From: Candidatus Aminicenantes bacterium
GTDB lineage: Bacteria; Acidobacteriota; Aminicenantia; Aminicenantales; UBA8522
NCBI GenBank assembly: GCA_037444845.1
Contig: JBBILQ010000001.1
Span: 25,494 to 89,493, forward strand
Direction of reading: 5' to 3'
DNA length: 64,000 nt
Positions 26,010 through 36,256 of the stretch are shown here, in pieces. The notes below the pieces were generated by a model, which worked only from the letters and a program-made list of their open reading frames with translations, did no database searches and was not told the origin of the DNA. The position numbers were made by a program, and so were the translations under genes. Position 1 is the stretch's first letter. Every line of letters begins with the position of its first letter.

Positions 26010-28661
26010 ATGAGAATCATGAAGAACAAAAACTTAGTGATTCTATGGCTCCTTGTTGGAATCGGGTTTGTGTTGAGGATATGGGGAACAGCCGGCGTCT
26101 ACATAAGAGGCGATGACTATATGCAGATCCACCAGGCAGGCATTGCGTACAATGAGTATGTTGACGCTGACGTTGGCTATCCTGTGTTTTATCAATACGT
26201 CGGCGGATTTATCCTTAAGGCGTTGAATAAGTTTCTTTACGTGATGGGGGCGATTGAAAAGGGGCACAAAAAAGAATGGAGCTACGATGAAGTCGCCATC
26301 ATCATGAGAATTCTTTCCGGTTTTTATGGAGCCATTTCTATTCTGTTGGTTTATCTTATTGCGAAGAAACTTTACGATGAGAAAGCCGCTCTTCTTTCCT
26401 CATTCTTTCTCACGTTCACCTTCTTTCACATTTTGACCGGGCATACGGCCCTTCTGGACAATCAGATGGGCTTTTTTATTCTTCTTGGCTTCCTGTTCAT
26501 GGTTGGCATAGCGAAAGAAGGAAAAACCCATCACTACCTTCTTGCCGGGTTGATGACGGGGTTTGCTATCTCTTCCAAATACAATGCCGTCTTTCTGGTT
26601 TTCACATTGCTTATCTCTCACATCATCCGCGTGTTTAAGAAAAAGAGGTTCTGGAAAATACTTTTTGATAAAAACATCATCCTTTCAGGACTCCTCCTCA
26701 TTTTTGGTTTCTTCCTGGGCAATCCTCCGGCCTGGATGGCGTTTAAAAAGTGGTCCAGTGGCATAGTTCAACTCGGTCGCATCATCCGCCAGCCAGACGC
26801 CTGGATGGTGACGTTTACTTTTTCCAATGTGTGGGATTTTTTGAAATACAACAAATACACGGGGGCAATTCTCAAGATTCACTACTCAATAAAAATCTCG
26901 TTGCTTCTATTGTTATTCTTAGGGCTTTTCATATTGATAAAAAGGCATAAAAAGGAAGACATTCTGCTTCTTTCATTCCCTTTCTTTTATGTCATCTTGG
27001 GACTTGGAATTTATGAGATCATAAGAGAAAGAGATCATTTCGCCCTCATCCCTTTCTATCTCATGATCGCCTCTGTCGCGTTTTTATGGCTCATCGAGGT
27101 GACAAAGAAACGTGTGCCTTCTCGAAAGATTCATTTTCTCATGTTTCTAATCCTGCTTATTCTTGCTTCTTATCCTTCTCTAAAAAACGCGGTGGACATC
27201 GCGTCCATTTTTCATGAAAGAGATACACTTGAATACGGGGAAGAATGGATTTATGAGAATATTCCGCCGAAGAGCACGAACGTATTCGAGATGTACACGC
27301 CCTTCGTTTATACTCCCATGGAGAAATATCAGTCCATTTTTCCGAACAGATTCCGACTGATGTTCTACTTCATCATGGGAAGATGGCTTAGAGAAAATCC
27401 TTTTGATTCCTTGAGAAAAGATGGCAGGTTTGTTCACGTATCGAACTTGAACCCCCGGAGGTTTATCGGGATAGAAAAATTTTATGCGAAAGAGCTGAGC
27501 TTTTATAAAAGGATTTTTAGAGAGTTTAAAGTGGTTAAAAAATTTTCACTGAGAGAGGTCGAATCAAAGAGTCCAACCCTATACATCTTTACGACGAAAA
27601 GACTTCCCCTTCGAGAAATCCCCTTGCTCTTTCCCGAACAACTCTCCTTGAATCAAAGGGAAACGGATATCTTTTTTGATGATCCGGGAATTTACGGCAA
27701 GAGCAATCTTATTTTTGTCCTGGAAGGAAGAGGTGCTGCTGAAAGGAGAATCCTTTCGCGGAAAGGGATCAAAGAGTTCGTTGTTTTCCTTTACGGAAAC
27801 GGCGGGGAAGAAGTCAAGATATTGGAGAAAAGGACGACCCTTGGACAATCGGGGTTTGCGTTTGTCCGTCTCCGTCTGCCCAAAAAAACTTATCCCTTCT
27901 CAGAACCCACGTATCGCATTCATATCAAGTCTCTTGCTGACCATCCAGTCCTGGTGAAGGTCCATCACGATCCGCTAAAAATTGGTTACGAGTTCTTCAA
28001 GAACGGCATGTTTGAAGAAGCGTCCAGGTTTTTTTCAGCAGCGAGAGAAGAAAATCCCGACAACCCAGACGCCTTGTTGTACCTTCGCGAAACACGGACA
28101 CGAATGGGAAAGGAAATCGAAAAGCTTTCGGCCAGGGATGCAGATAGAATCCATTCCATTTTCAACCTCCAGAATATGGAGAATTGGATGAAAAGGATGG
28201 AAAAGATGACGGGAATCGACGTGGAATTTCTCATCGATTCGCTTTCTCTTTACCTCGAGGTTGAGGATCTTTCCGGGGATGATCCCGTTGTCCACGATCC
28301 AAAGTTTTTGAACCGCAAGGCGCTGCTGGCCGCCAAGCCTTCCCGCATCGAACTTCCCTTCTTTCTTCCGCAATCCTATGTGGCGACGATAAAGGCTTCT
28401 AACCCGGAAGGCCCGTTAACCTCCGACCTCAAGATTTTTTCCGCGGGACGCTTCTGGGCCCCAACGAAGGTTGATCGTGGTGGAGATTTATTCTGGTGTA
28501 TCGAGATTCCTTTCCAAAAAGACATGGACACCGCTTCTCTTGACATCGATGTCAAGGATTCTTTTCTCCTCCTCGACAGCATCTGGATAAGGCCGGATAT
28601 CAGAAATTTCTTCGTGGAGAAAAAAGGAGACCTTTCCTTTCTCTCCCCTCACGAGAGGTAA
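26010..28661 (+). CDS. GT-C-fold (ArnT/PMT-like) membrane glycosyltransferase-like protein with large C-terminal soluble domain
   Basis: ~12 TM N-terminal half with acidic DD motif in first extracytoplasmic loop (IRGDDYMQIH), aromatic-rich loops; C-terminal ~450 aa soluble with TPR-like segment; visibly AT-richer than flanking genes. Confidence 0.5.
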   Translation: MRIMKNKNLVILWLLVGIGFVLRIWGTAGVYIRGDDYMQIHQAGIAYNEYVDADVGYPVFYQYVGGFILKALNKFLYVMGAIEKGHKKEWSYDEVAIIMRILSGFYGAISILLVYLIAKKLYDEKAALLSSFFLTFTFFHILTGHTALLDNQMGFFILLGFLFMVGIAKEGKTHHYLLAGLMTGFAISSKYNAVFLVFTLLISHIIRVFKKKRFWKILFDKNIILSGLLLIFGFFLGNPPAWMAFKKWSSGIVQLGRIIRQPDAWMVTFTFSNVWDFLKYNKYTGAILKIHYSIKISLLLLLFLGLFILIKRHKKEDILLLSFPFFYVILGLGIYEIIRERDHFALIPFYLMIASVAFLWLIEVTKKRVPSRKIHFLMFLILLILASYPSLKNAVDIASIFHERDTLEYGEEWIYENIPPKSTNVFEMYTPFVYTPMEKYQSIFPNRFRLMFYFIMGRWLRENPFDSLRKDGRFVHVSNLNPRRFIGIEKFYAKELSFYKRIFREFKVVKKFSLREVESKSPTLYIFTTKRLPLREIPLLFPEQLSLNQRETDIFFDDPGIYGKSNLIFVLEGRGAAERRILSRKGIKEFVVFLYGNGGEEVKILEKRTTLGQSGFAFVRLRLPKKTYPFSEPTYRIHIKSLADHPVLVKVHHDPLKIGYEFFKNGMFEEASRFFSAAREENPDNPDALLYLRETRTRMGKEIEKLSARDADRIHSIFNLQNMENWMKRMEKMTGIDVEFLIDSLSLYLEVEDLSGDDPVVHDPKFLNRKALLAAKPSRIELPFFLPQSYVATIKASNPEGPLTSDLKIFSAGRFWAPTKVDRGGDLFWCIEIPFQKDMDTASLDIDVKDSFLLLDSIWIRPDIRNFFVEKKGDLSFLSPHER

Positions 28662-28668
28662 AAACGGC

Positions 28669-30948
28669 ATGGGGATTTTTTCGCGCGAAACCCGGAAAAG
28701 GAGGGATCTTTTCATTGTGATTCTTTTGGCCGGGTTTTTCTTGAGGTTCTGGGGATTGTCTTCCGACCTCATGAGAACAGATGATGCCGCCGTTGCTCAA
28801 ACGATCCTGGCGGTCTACCACGGTGTTTTTAACGAAGATTCGATCCTCCAGAGCTCGTTTTTTTTCACCTTTTTTCCTGCCCTTGTGATGAAAGGAATCT
28901 CCGTTTTTCTGTCGACGATTTTTTTTCATAAAGAAGCCTCTGTTTATCCCTTCACGTTGAGCCAGACTATTTTCCTCTCAAGAGTCGTCATCGCATTCAT
29001 GGGATTTCTGAGCATTCCCGTTCTCTATCTTTCCATGAAGAGGCTGGCCCGGGAACAGACAGCTCTTTTGGGAACATTCCTCTTTTCCATCTCCTTTGTT
29101 CACATCTTCCACAGCCACAGACTTGCCCCCGACATTCCAGCCGCTTTCTTCGTGCTTTTGTGCCTGTATTGTTCCCTGGCCATCTATGAATCTGGAAGAT
29201 GGCACAATTATTTTCTTGCGGGAGTCTTTGCCGGGCTCGCAGCATTGTCGAAGCCCGCTGCGGGTTTAGCCGTGCTTGTCATCGTTTGTGCCCATTTTCT
29301 GAGATGGCAAAGAGGAAAACCGTTGTTCCCAACCGTTTTTAGCCTCAAGCTGTTCCTTGGCGTTTTTTCGTTTCTTCTGGGACTGGTGATGGGCCATTGT
29401 GTGTTCATTAAAAAATTTCCCTCCTTGACGCGATCGATGTCACTTCTTTTTAGGCTTGAGCCTCAGCCAGAAAATATTTCATTGACGATGAAGCCAGCAG
29501 GAATCGTTGGACAGATGCTTACAACCAAGCATGGCCAGGCATTTGCTCATGTCTTCTCCGTAGAGGGCGCGATTTTTTTCTTTTTGATCGTCTTCGGCGT
29601 TGTCATGATTTTTTTTCTCAAGAGAAAAAAAGAAACCCTGCTTTTTTTTGCCTTTCCCATCCTCTATCTGGCCGCTATCTCGCTCATCGGCATGCGTTCG
29701 CTCAGAGACCTTGTATTCCTCTCTCCCTTTTATTCTTCTGTTGCGGCGCTGGGATTATTTTTTCTGGTCGATCGAAGATGGAAGAAACGTGGAAGAACAA
29801 CCGCTCGTGCGGTCGTCGCCCTACTGCTCATCGCGATTTTTGGCCGCGCTGTCTGCAACGGATACTTGATCTGGGATGATGATACATCCGAGATTTCTCA
29901 TAGATGGATGCTCAGGAATATGAGCGAAGAAACACGAAACAAAACCTCCCTCTCCGCGGATCTTCAAGAGCATGGGTGCGTCAAGGAGTTCTTTCTCAAA
30001 GAAATTGAATCCAAAAATGCTCCGATAAAGATTTACAGAGGAACAAATATGAAGACGCAGAAAATGCGCCTTCCGCTTCCTGACGTTCCCTATCAGAAAA
30101 AGATTCCGAGAGAGTTTGAGATTCTGGACGGGAGTCCATACGGGAAGGAGACCAAAAGTTTCTGGATTGAAGAAGGGGATAGAATTGAAAGAATATTCAT
30201 ATCCAGAAAGCCTTTAAGAGGAATTGCTATATTTTTTCTCAGCAATGAATCGGATGGCTCTGTCGCAATAAGGAATTCCGTCCAGAAGAAGACAATCAAG
30301 CTGGAAAAAGGAAAAAACACGCGCATCGTCATGAAGCCTTTTTTGTCCTTTCCCTACCATAAATATCGCTACAGCATAAGGATAGAGGGAAAGAAAGGAC
30401 TAAGGGGCTCGTTCGTAAGAGTTGTCCCTGATCAAATCGAAGCGGGACGTCCATTCCCTGACGATGGGTTGGACAAGGAAGCCAGACAGGAAACAAGCAT
30501 CGACCCCGATTTTTTTGCCGAATCCAAAAGCATAAAGCTTCAGGCAGAAGACATGGAACAGAAAAGTTCCCAGCTCGTCGAATCTGATTCTTTTTCCGGC
30601 GGAAAGGGAATGATGTTCATGAAAGACGGAGAGGAGGGGCAGCTTTCTTCCTCCCGGTTAATCCTGTATCCAGGAAAATACAGCCTTCAGCTGAACGTGA
30701 TATTTCTGGGCGCACAAAAATCAATTCATTCCTCCATTGCCTTTATTCAAGGCAATCGGAAAACGGAATACCGGATATCTCCTGAAAACTCGTCTTTTTC
30801 TGAGAATATGGCCAAGATTGACCTTGCCTTCGATATATCCGAGTTGAAACCTTTCTCCATACATATCGCAATCAAAGAAAGGGATACTTTTATCCTTGAT
30901 TATTTAAAAATCTCTCCTTCTTTGGATGGGCTCTTTTTGGAAAAATAA
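28669..30948 (+). CDS. GT-C-fold (ArnT/PMT-like) membrane glycosyltransferase-like protein, paralog of upstream gene
   Basis: Same architecture (LRFWGL..MRTDDAAVAQT first-loop DD motif, multi-TM N-terminus, soluble C-terminus); starts 8 nt after previous stop. Confidence 0.5.
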   Translation: MGIFSRETRKRRDLFIVILLAGFFLRFWGLSSDLMRTDDAAVAQTILAVYHGVFNEDSILQSSFFFTFFPALVMKGISVFLSTIFFHKEASVYPFTLSQTIFLSRVVIAFMGFLSIPVLYLSMKRLAREQTALLGTFLFSISFVHIFHSHRLAPDIPAAFFVLLCLYCSLAIYESGRWHNYFLAGVFAGLAALSKPAAGLAVLVIVCAHFLRWQRGKPLFPTVFSLKLFLGVFSFLLGLVMGHCVFIKKFPSLTRSMSLLFRLEPQPENISLTMKPAGIVGQMLTTKHGQAFAHVFSVEGAIFFFLIVFGVVMIFFLKRKKETLLFFAFPILYLAAISLIGMRSLRDLVFLSPFYSSVAALGLFFLVDRRWKKRGRTTARAVVALLLIAIFGRAVCNGYLIWDDDTSEISHRWMLRNMSEETRNKTSLSADLQEHGCVKEFFLKEIESKNAPIKIYRGTNMKTQKMRLPLPDVPYQKKIPREFEILDGSPYGKETKSFWIEEGDRIERIFISRKPLRGIAIFFLSNESDGSVAIRNSVQKKTIKLEKGKNTRIVMKPFLSFPYHKYRYSIRIEGKKGLRGSFVRVVPDQIEAGRPFPDDGLDKEARQETSIDPDFFAESKSIKLQAEDMEQKSSQLVESDSFSGGKGMMFMKDGEEGQLSSSRLILYPGKYSLQLNVIFLGAQKSIHSSIAFIQGNRKTEYRISPENSSFSENMAKIDLAFDISELKPFSIHIAIKERDTFILDYLKISPSLDGLFLEK

Positions 30949-33900
30949 CTAAAGCTTGACCTCTGCCGGCGCCTTGATGGGCTTCTGTCCCGATTCCTCA
31001 AGCGCCCTGTTCAGAGCCGGCAGGTCCTCTCGGATGAGCCTGTTGAGTTTTTCGACCAGGGCATCGACTTTCCTGGATATATCTTCGAGCTGCGCGAGGT
31101 CTGTCTTGGTCGGGGCAGAAGGATGACCGGCAATAGATGTCCCCAAGGTTAGAAGCATCTGGTTCAAGGACCCTCCCCGCAGGACATCTTCACGCGTCCG
31201 CTGCGCCGTGATATCGCCGGGAACAATTGCTTTTTCAACAGGATGGAATTTTTCCTCAAAGGTTTTTAAGGCGATGGCCAACGACTCAGGCTGCTTCTCT
31301 TCCTTCTTGAGGTCCTTCATCAGGCCTTCCGCCTCCCTGCGGATATTCGTGGCTGCTGTTATGGATAATCCCATTTTTTTCGAAAGAATCAACAGCTCAG
31401 CGATGGCTTCGTGCTGTTCTTTTATCTCCTCTGTAGATACCTGAAACCTTGGATCGGCCAGGACAGCGGCCTGAGATTTGAATTTCTGGCCGTCCACGTT
31501 GAGCTCAACCGTGAATTCACCCGGTTCGACGAGCGGCAAGGAGGCAAACCCTATGGCAGGCGGAGTGACTTTGGTCCCATCTTTTGATTTGGGCGCAGTC
31601 TGGAGACTCCAGTATTCTCTCTGGAGGCCCTCCTGGATGGCCAGGTTGAGCTCAAAAACCGTCTCGCCGTCTTTGTTGAAAATGGTTACCTTAGGCTTTT
31701 CCTTGGGCTTAGCCAGAAGATGAGCGGTGATGGCCATCCCATAGGCTGGGTTTTTCGCGGCAAAAACGGGTTTTGTCCAGGATTCCCGGCGCGAGGACAT
31801 GTGATAAGCGAACGTCGGCCGGATGCTAAACATGCGGGCCGGAGCCGAAAGGACTTCTGGGCGCATCTCCTGGAGGAAGGAAATGTCGTCCAGAATCCAT
31901 ATCCCGCGGCCGTGGGTGCCGATAATCAGGTCATTGTCGCGGGGGTGGATGGCAATATCGTGGACGGCCACGGTCGGGAGGTTGTTCTTCAAGGAAAACC
32001 AGGAGGCGCCGCCGTCGAGAGAGGCAAAAACGCCGAACTCGGTGCCGACAAAGAGGAGATTCTTGTTCTTCACATCCTCGCGGATGACGTTGACCCAGCC
32101 GAACGGCAGGTTGCTCTTGATGGATTTCCAGGTTTTTCCGAAGTCCGTCGTCTTGAAGACGTACGTGCCATAATCATCGTGGCGGTGGCCGTCAAAAGCG
32201 GCGTATGCCGTGCCCGCTTCAAAACGCGAAGCCTCTACCCTGGAACACCAGGTTCCGGTAGGGAGTCCCGGGATGCGGCGGACGACATTTTCCCAGGTTT
32301 TGCCGTTGTCCCGGGTAAGTTGGAGGTTGCCGTCGTCCGTGCCGCACCAGATCACGCCCCTTTCTACGGGAGACTCGGAGATGGCCGTGATTGTGCAGTG
32401 GCTTTCCGCGCCCGTGTTATCGAGAGTGATCGGCCCGCCCGAATCTTTCTGCTTGGCCTGGTCATTGGTCGTCAGGTCTGGGCTGATGATCTCCCAGGAG
32501 GATCCCCTGTCTTGTGTCCTGAAAAGGTAATTTCCGCCGGTGTAGACAGTCGCGGAGTCGTGGGGCGAGATGTGGATGGGCGAGTTCCAATTGAACCGGT
32601 AAGGAGGGTCACTTAGTCCTCCGATCGGTTTTATCATTTTACTCTTACCGATCCGCCAGTCGTAGCGGTAGAGGTTGTTGACCTGCCAGTTGCTGTAAAC
32701 TGTGTTCGGGTCATTCGGGTCGGGCTGAGCAAAAAACCCGTCTCCGCCTCCGATGCTCGTCCAGTCGTCGTTGGCGATGCCAGCGCTGTCCGTAGTGGCG
32801 CTCGGGCCGGCCCAGCTGCCGTTGTCCTGAAGCCCGCAGTAGACGTAATACGGTTGCCGCATGTCGTACCCGACCTGGTAGACCTGGGCCAGGTCCATGC
32901 TCTGGACCGGAAGCCAGCTCTTTCCTCCGTCGTAAGAGATATCGATCCCGCCGTCATTGCCCTCGATGAGATGGAGCGGGTTGGAGGGGTTGATCCAGAG
33001 AGCATGGTGGTCCGGGTGGATGCCAAAACCGATGGACCTGAATTTCTGGCCGCCGTCCGTGGAGACGTGAAGCCCGGTTGAGAGCACGTAGACGACCTTG
33101 TCGTTTGTCGGGTCAACGCGGATATGGCTGTAGTAGAACGGCCGCGTGTTGACCCGCCTATACGTCTGGACGTCACACATCCTTTTCCACGTCTCTCCAT
33201 GGTCTTCTGAGCGCCAGATTCCGCCGTCCTTGTGCTCGATGAGAGCATAGACGACCCCGGGAGCGCTCCTGGCCACATCAATTCCAATCCGGCCCATGAT
33301 GCCCTCGGGCAGGTCTTTGGTCAGGTGCTTCCAGGTTTCGCCGCCGTCTGTCGTTTTATAAAGGCCGCTTCCCGGGCCGCCAGAGGAAAAATGATAAGGA
33401 AGCCGGCGGTGTTCGTAGGCGGCCGCATAGAGGATGAGGCTGTCGCCGGGGTCCATGGCCAAGTCGGCAAACCCCGTATCGGCGTTGACGTAAAGGACTT
33501 TTTTCCAGGTTTTGCCGCCGTCGATGGTTTTATAAATCCCCCTCTCTTCGTTCGGCCCCCACAAATGGCCCATGGCCGCGACATAGATTATATTGGGATC
33601 GCCGGGGTTAATGATGATGCGGCGGATATGTCGTGTTTCCTTGAGGCCCATATTCTGCCAGGTTTTGCCGCCGTCCACAGATTTGTAAACGCCATCGCCG
33701 ATGGTGACGCTGTTGCGGCAGGTGGCCTCCCCTGTCCCGACCCAGACGATGTCCGGATGAGACGGCGCGATAGTGACGTCGCCGACAGAGACAGTCGCTT
33801 CCTTATGGAACACAGGGCTCCAGGTGACGCCGCTGTTCTCCGACTTCCAGACGCCGCTCGGGCCGATGGCGGCGTATATGATCCACGGCTTCTCCGCGAC

Positions 33901-34080
33901 GGCGTCGATGTCGACTGTTCGGCCTCCCATCACGGCAGGGCCCAAAGCCCTCCAGGAGAATTTTTCGTAGAGCTTTCCGACCTTGTCTGCGCTCTGAGCC
34001 TGGACGAGCAAAGGGAAGAGCGCAAGAGAAACAAGCGGCCAAAGCCATTTTCCGGATAACCCGGCAGACAATCTGGACAT
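30949..34080 (-). CDS. Secreted BNR/Asp-box-repeat tandem beta-propeller protein (Sortilin-Vps10/GH74-like)
   Basis: Start ATG 34080 (GGAGG RBS), signal peptide; >=10 Asp-box repeats S/T-x-D-x-G-x-T-W (SVDGGKTW, TIDGGKTW, TTDGGETW, SEDHGETW, TRDNGKTW, TTDFGKTW...). Confidence 0.75.
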   Translation of the reverse strand: MSRLSAGLSGKWLWPLVSLALFPLLVQAQSADKVGKLYEKFSWRALGPAVMGGRTVDIDAVAEKPWIIYAAIGPSGVWKSENSGVTWSPVFHKEATVSVGDVTIAPSHPDIVWVGTGEATCRNSVTIGDGVYKSVDGGKTWQNMGLKETRHIRRIIINPGDPNIIYVAAMGHLWGPNEERGIYKTIDGGKTWKKVLYVNADTGFADLAMDPGDSLILYAAAYEHRRLPYHFSSGGPGSGLYKTTDGGETWKHLTKDLPEGIMGRIGIDVARSAPGVVYALIEHKDGGIWRSEDHGETWKRMCDVQTYRRVNTRPFYYSHIRVDPTNDKVVYVLSTGLHVSTDGGQKFRSIGFGIHPDHHALWINPSNPLHLIEGNDGGIDISYDGGKSWLPVQSMDLAQVYQVGYDMRQPYYVYCGLQDNGSWAGPSATTDSAGIANDDWTSIGGGDGFFAQPDPNDPNTVYSNWQVNNLYRYDWRIGKSKMIKPIGGLSDPPYRFNWNSPIHISPHDSATVYTGGNYLFRTQDRGSSWEIISPDLTTNDQAKQKDSGGPITLDNTGAESHCTITAISESPVERGVIWCGTDDGNLQLTRDNGKTWENVVRRIPGLPTGTWCSRVEASRFEAGTAYAAFDGHRHDDYGTYVFKTTDFGKTWKSIKSNLPFGWVNVIREDVKNKNLLFVGTEFGVFASLDGGASWFSLKNNLPTVAVHDIAIHPRDNDLIIGTHGRGIWILDDISFLQEMRPEVLSAPARMFSIRPTFAYHMSSRRESWTKPVFAAKNPAYGMAITAHLLAKPKEKPKVTIFNKDGETVFELNLAIQEGLQREYWSLQTAPKSKDGTKVTPPAIGFASLPLVEPGEFTVELNVDGQKFKSQAAVLADPRFQVSTEEIKEQHEAIAELLILSKKMGLSITAATNIRREAEGLMKDLKKEEKQPESLAIALKTFEEKFHPVEKAIVPGDITAQRTREDVLRGGSLNQMLLTLGTSIAGHPSAPTKTDLAQLEDISRKVDALVEKLNRLIREDLPALNRALEESGQKPIKAPAEVKL

Positions 34081-34192
34081 CTTGCCTCCTTCTTTCTTTA
34101 CATCTTCAAGGAAATTCATTATAAGATACGTCCTTGATAAAATATAGTTTTCCCTCAGCTTAACATGAAGATTTTGCAGGAAGGAGGATGGA

Positions 34193-36244
34193 ATGACGCG
34201 CGGGATGTCGGTTTTTCTTTCTGTTGGCCTCGGCCTTGGCATCGCCTGTGCGGCGGCCTGGGCTGCAGATATTTCTTTTAGCCAGTATCATAAACCCGAA
34301 GAAGTCAACGCCCTGCTCAAGTCCCTGGCTTCACAGAAGCGGCAACTGGCCAGGTTCATCAGCCTGGGTAAATCGAGCGCCGGCACAGAAATCGCAGCGC
34401 TCCGGCTGGCTGCTCAGCCCAAGGGTAGCACAGACCCGGATTCCCGGCCGGCGGTGTTCATCTCCGCCAACCTGGAGGGCATTCACCTGGTCGGAACCGA
34501 AGCCGCCTTGAAGCTGGCCGAAAAGTTGATCAAAGGTTATGGCTCCGATAAGTTGGTCACCGGGCTGTTAGATACAAGAACAATATATGTGGCGCCGCTC
34601 CTCAACCCGGACGCAGCGCAAGCCTATTTCTCTTCGCCACGCTTTGAGAAGGTGACGAACAGCCGGCCCATCGACGACGACCTGGATATGAAGACTGACG
34701 AGGACGGTCCGGATGACCTGAACAACGACGGCCTGATCACCCAGATGCGGGTCAAGGACCCCGAGGGAAAATGGATTGCCGACCCGGCCGAGCCCAGGCT
34801 CATGCGCCTCGCTGACCCGAAAAAGGGGGAGAAAGGTGTCTATACGCTTTACACGGAAGGCCTGGATAATGACAGCGACGGCGAGTTCAATGAGGACCCG
34901 CCGGGCGGAGTCGCCATCAACCGCAATTTCCCTCATGATTTCGAGTACAATACACGGATCGCGGGACTGTGGCCAGTCTCTGAAGAAGAAACGCTGGCCC
35001 TGGTCAGGTTTCTTGTTACGCATCGCCATATCGCTATGGTCCTGAACTTTTCTACTGAGAACACCATCCTTAATCTGCAGCAGACAGGACAGGCCCGGGC
35101 GGGCGCAGACAGAGTCAGAGTCCCTCGCCAGTTTGCTTCCTTCCTCGGCCTCGAACCCGACCAGGAATACACCCTCAAGGAGATTGCCGAAGCAGCAAGA
35201 GCCTCGGGCATGGGAGGCGGCATGGAAATCACCGAAGACATGGTGGCCTCTTTCCTCGGGTTGGGCCCGGCCGTGACCATCGACCGCCAGGACATGCCCT
35301 TTCTCGAGGCGATCCAGAAGGAATATAAGGACGCGCTCAAAGAGGCCAAAGTCGATTATCCAGAAAAAAGGGCTAAGGGCGTGGGCAAGGGCTCTTTTGT
35401 CGCCTACTGCTATTATCAGTACGGCGTTCCTGTCTTCTCTGTCGATTTATGGTCGGTGCCAGAGCCGAAAAAGGAACCGGCCAAGGACGCCCTCACAGAG
35501 GAAAAGTTGAAATCTATGTCCTCCGAAGAGTTCCTGGCGCTCGGAGAGGACAGGATTTCGGCTTTCCTCAAAGAGCAGGGAGCTCCGCCGAATTTCAGCG
35601 CCGAGATGCTCATCAAAATGGTCAAGTCCGGCCAGGTAACGCCGCCGCGGATGGCCGATATGATGGCAAAAATGCCCCGGCGGCCCCAACCAGATGGCGA
35701 TGAGCACCCGGACCTCTACATCCTGAAATGGGCCGACGAAGCCTGGAAAGGCAAGGGCTTTGTGCCCTGGACGCCGTTTAAGCACCCGACCTTAGGAGAA
35801 GTGGAAATTGGCGGGTTTATTCCCCTCCTTAAGATTAATCCTGCGCCCGAAGAGATGGAAAAGACGCTCGCGGTCCATGCTGATTTTTACGTCAGACTGA
35901 TGACAAAACTTCCTGAGCTTCAGGTTCGGGAGGCAAAGGTCGAGGCTCTTAGCCAGGAGCTTTACCAGGTTACGGTCTTCCTGACCAATGAGGGCTGGTT
36001 CCCGACGTCTACTGCCCAGGGCCAGCGGGCCCAAACTGCCTGGCCGATTAGAGTGACTCTGAAAACGGAACCGGGGCAAAGCGTCTTTTCAGGACGACCT
36101 GTCGAGACAATTCCTTTTCTCGGCGGGAGTGGCGGCACCAAAAAAGTAGAATGGACAGTCAGGGGAAAGAAAGGCTCCCGCCTGACCGTTACCGCGGGCT
36201 CGCCGAAGTTAGGCACGGTCACGGCGACGATTATCCTGGAGTAA
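34193..36244 (+). CDS. M14 carboxypeptidase-family paralog with non-canonical zinc motif (ExxH instead of HxxE) - possible pseudo-enzyme
   Basis: Signal peptide; aligns with downstream M14 paralog along length incl. Asp-rich insert (DDDLDMKTDEDGPDDLNNDG); where paralog has NIHGNEIQGAE this protein has NLEGIHLVGTE. Confidence 0.65.
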   Translation: MTRGMSVFLSVGLGLGIACAAAWAADISFSQYHKPEEVNALLKSLASQKRQLARFISLGKSSAGTEIAALRLAAQPKGSTDPDSRPAVFISANLEGIHLVGTEAALKLAEKLIKGYGSDKLVTGLLDTRTIYVAPLLNPDAAQAYFSSPRFEKVTNSRPIDDDLDMKTDEDGPDDLNNDGLITQMRVKDPEGKWIADPAEPRLMRLADPKKGEKGVYTLYTEGLDNDSDGEFNEDPPGGVAINRNFPHDFEYNTRIAGLWPVSEEETLALVRFLVTHRHIAMVLNFSTENTILNLQQTGQARAGADRVRVPRQFASFLGLEPDQEYTLKEIAEAARASGMGGGMEITEDMVASFLGLGPAVTIDRQDMPFLEAIQKEYKDALKEAKVDYPEKRAKGVGKGSFVAYCYYQYGVPVFSVDLWSVPEPKKEPAKDALTEEKLKSMSSEEFLALGEDRISAFLKEQGAPPNFSAEMLIKMVKSGQVTPPRMADMMAKMPRRPQPDGDEHPDLYILKWADEAWKGKGFVPWTPFKHPTLGEVEIGGFIPLLKINPAPEEMEKTLAVHADFYVRLMTKLPELQVREAKVEALSQELYQVTVFLTNEGWFPTSTAQGQRAQTAWPIRVTLKTEPGQSVFSGRPVETIPFLGGSGGTKKVEWTVRGKKGSRLTVTAGSPKLGTVTATIILE

Positions 36245-36256
36245 GAGGAGGAAACG

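Noticed and set aside
31720-34059. Long plus-strand ORFs (31720..32616, 33232..34059) and minus-strand 32634..33287 overlapping the BNR-repeat gene
   Set aside because: Low-complexity Arg/Gly/Pro/Ala-rich translations in alternative frames of a GC-rich gene; the Asp-box repeat frame is clearly the real one.
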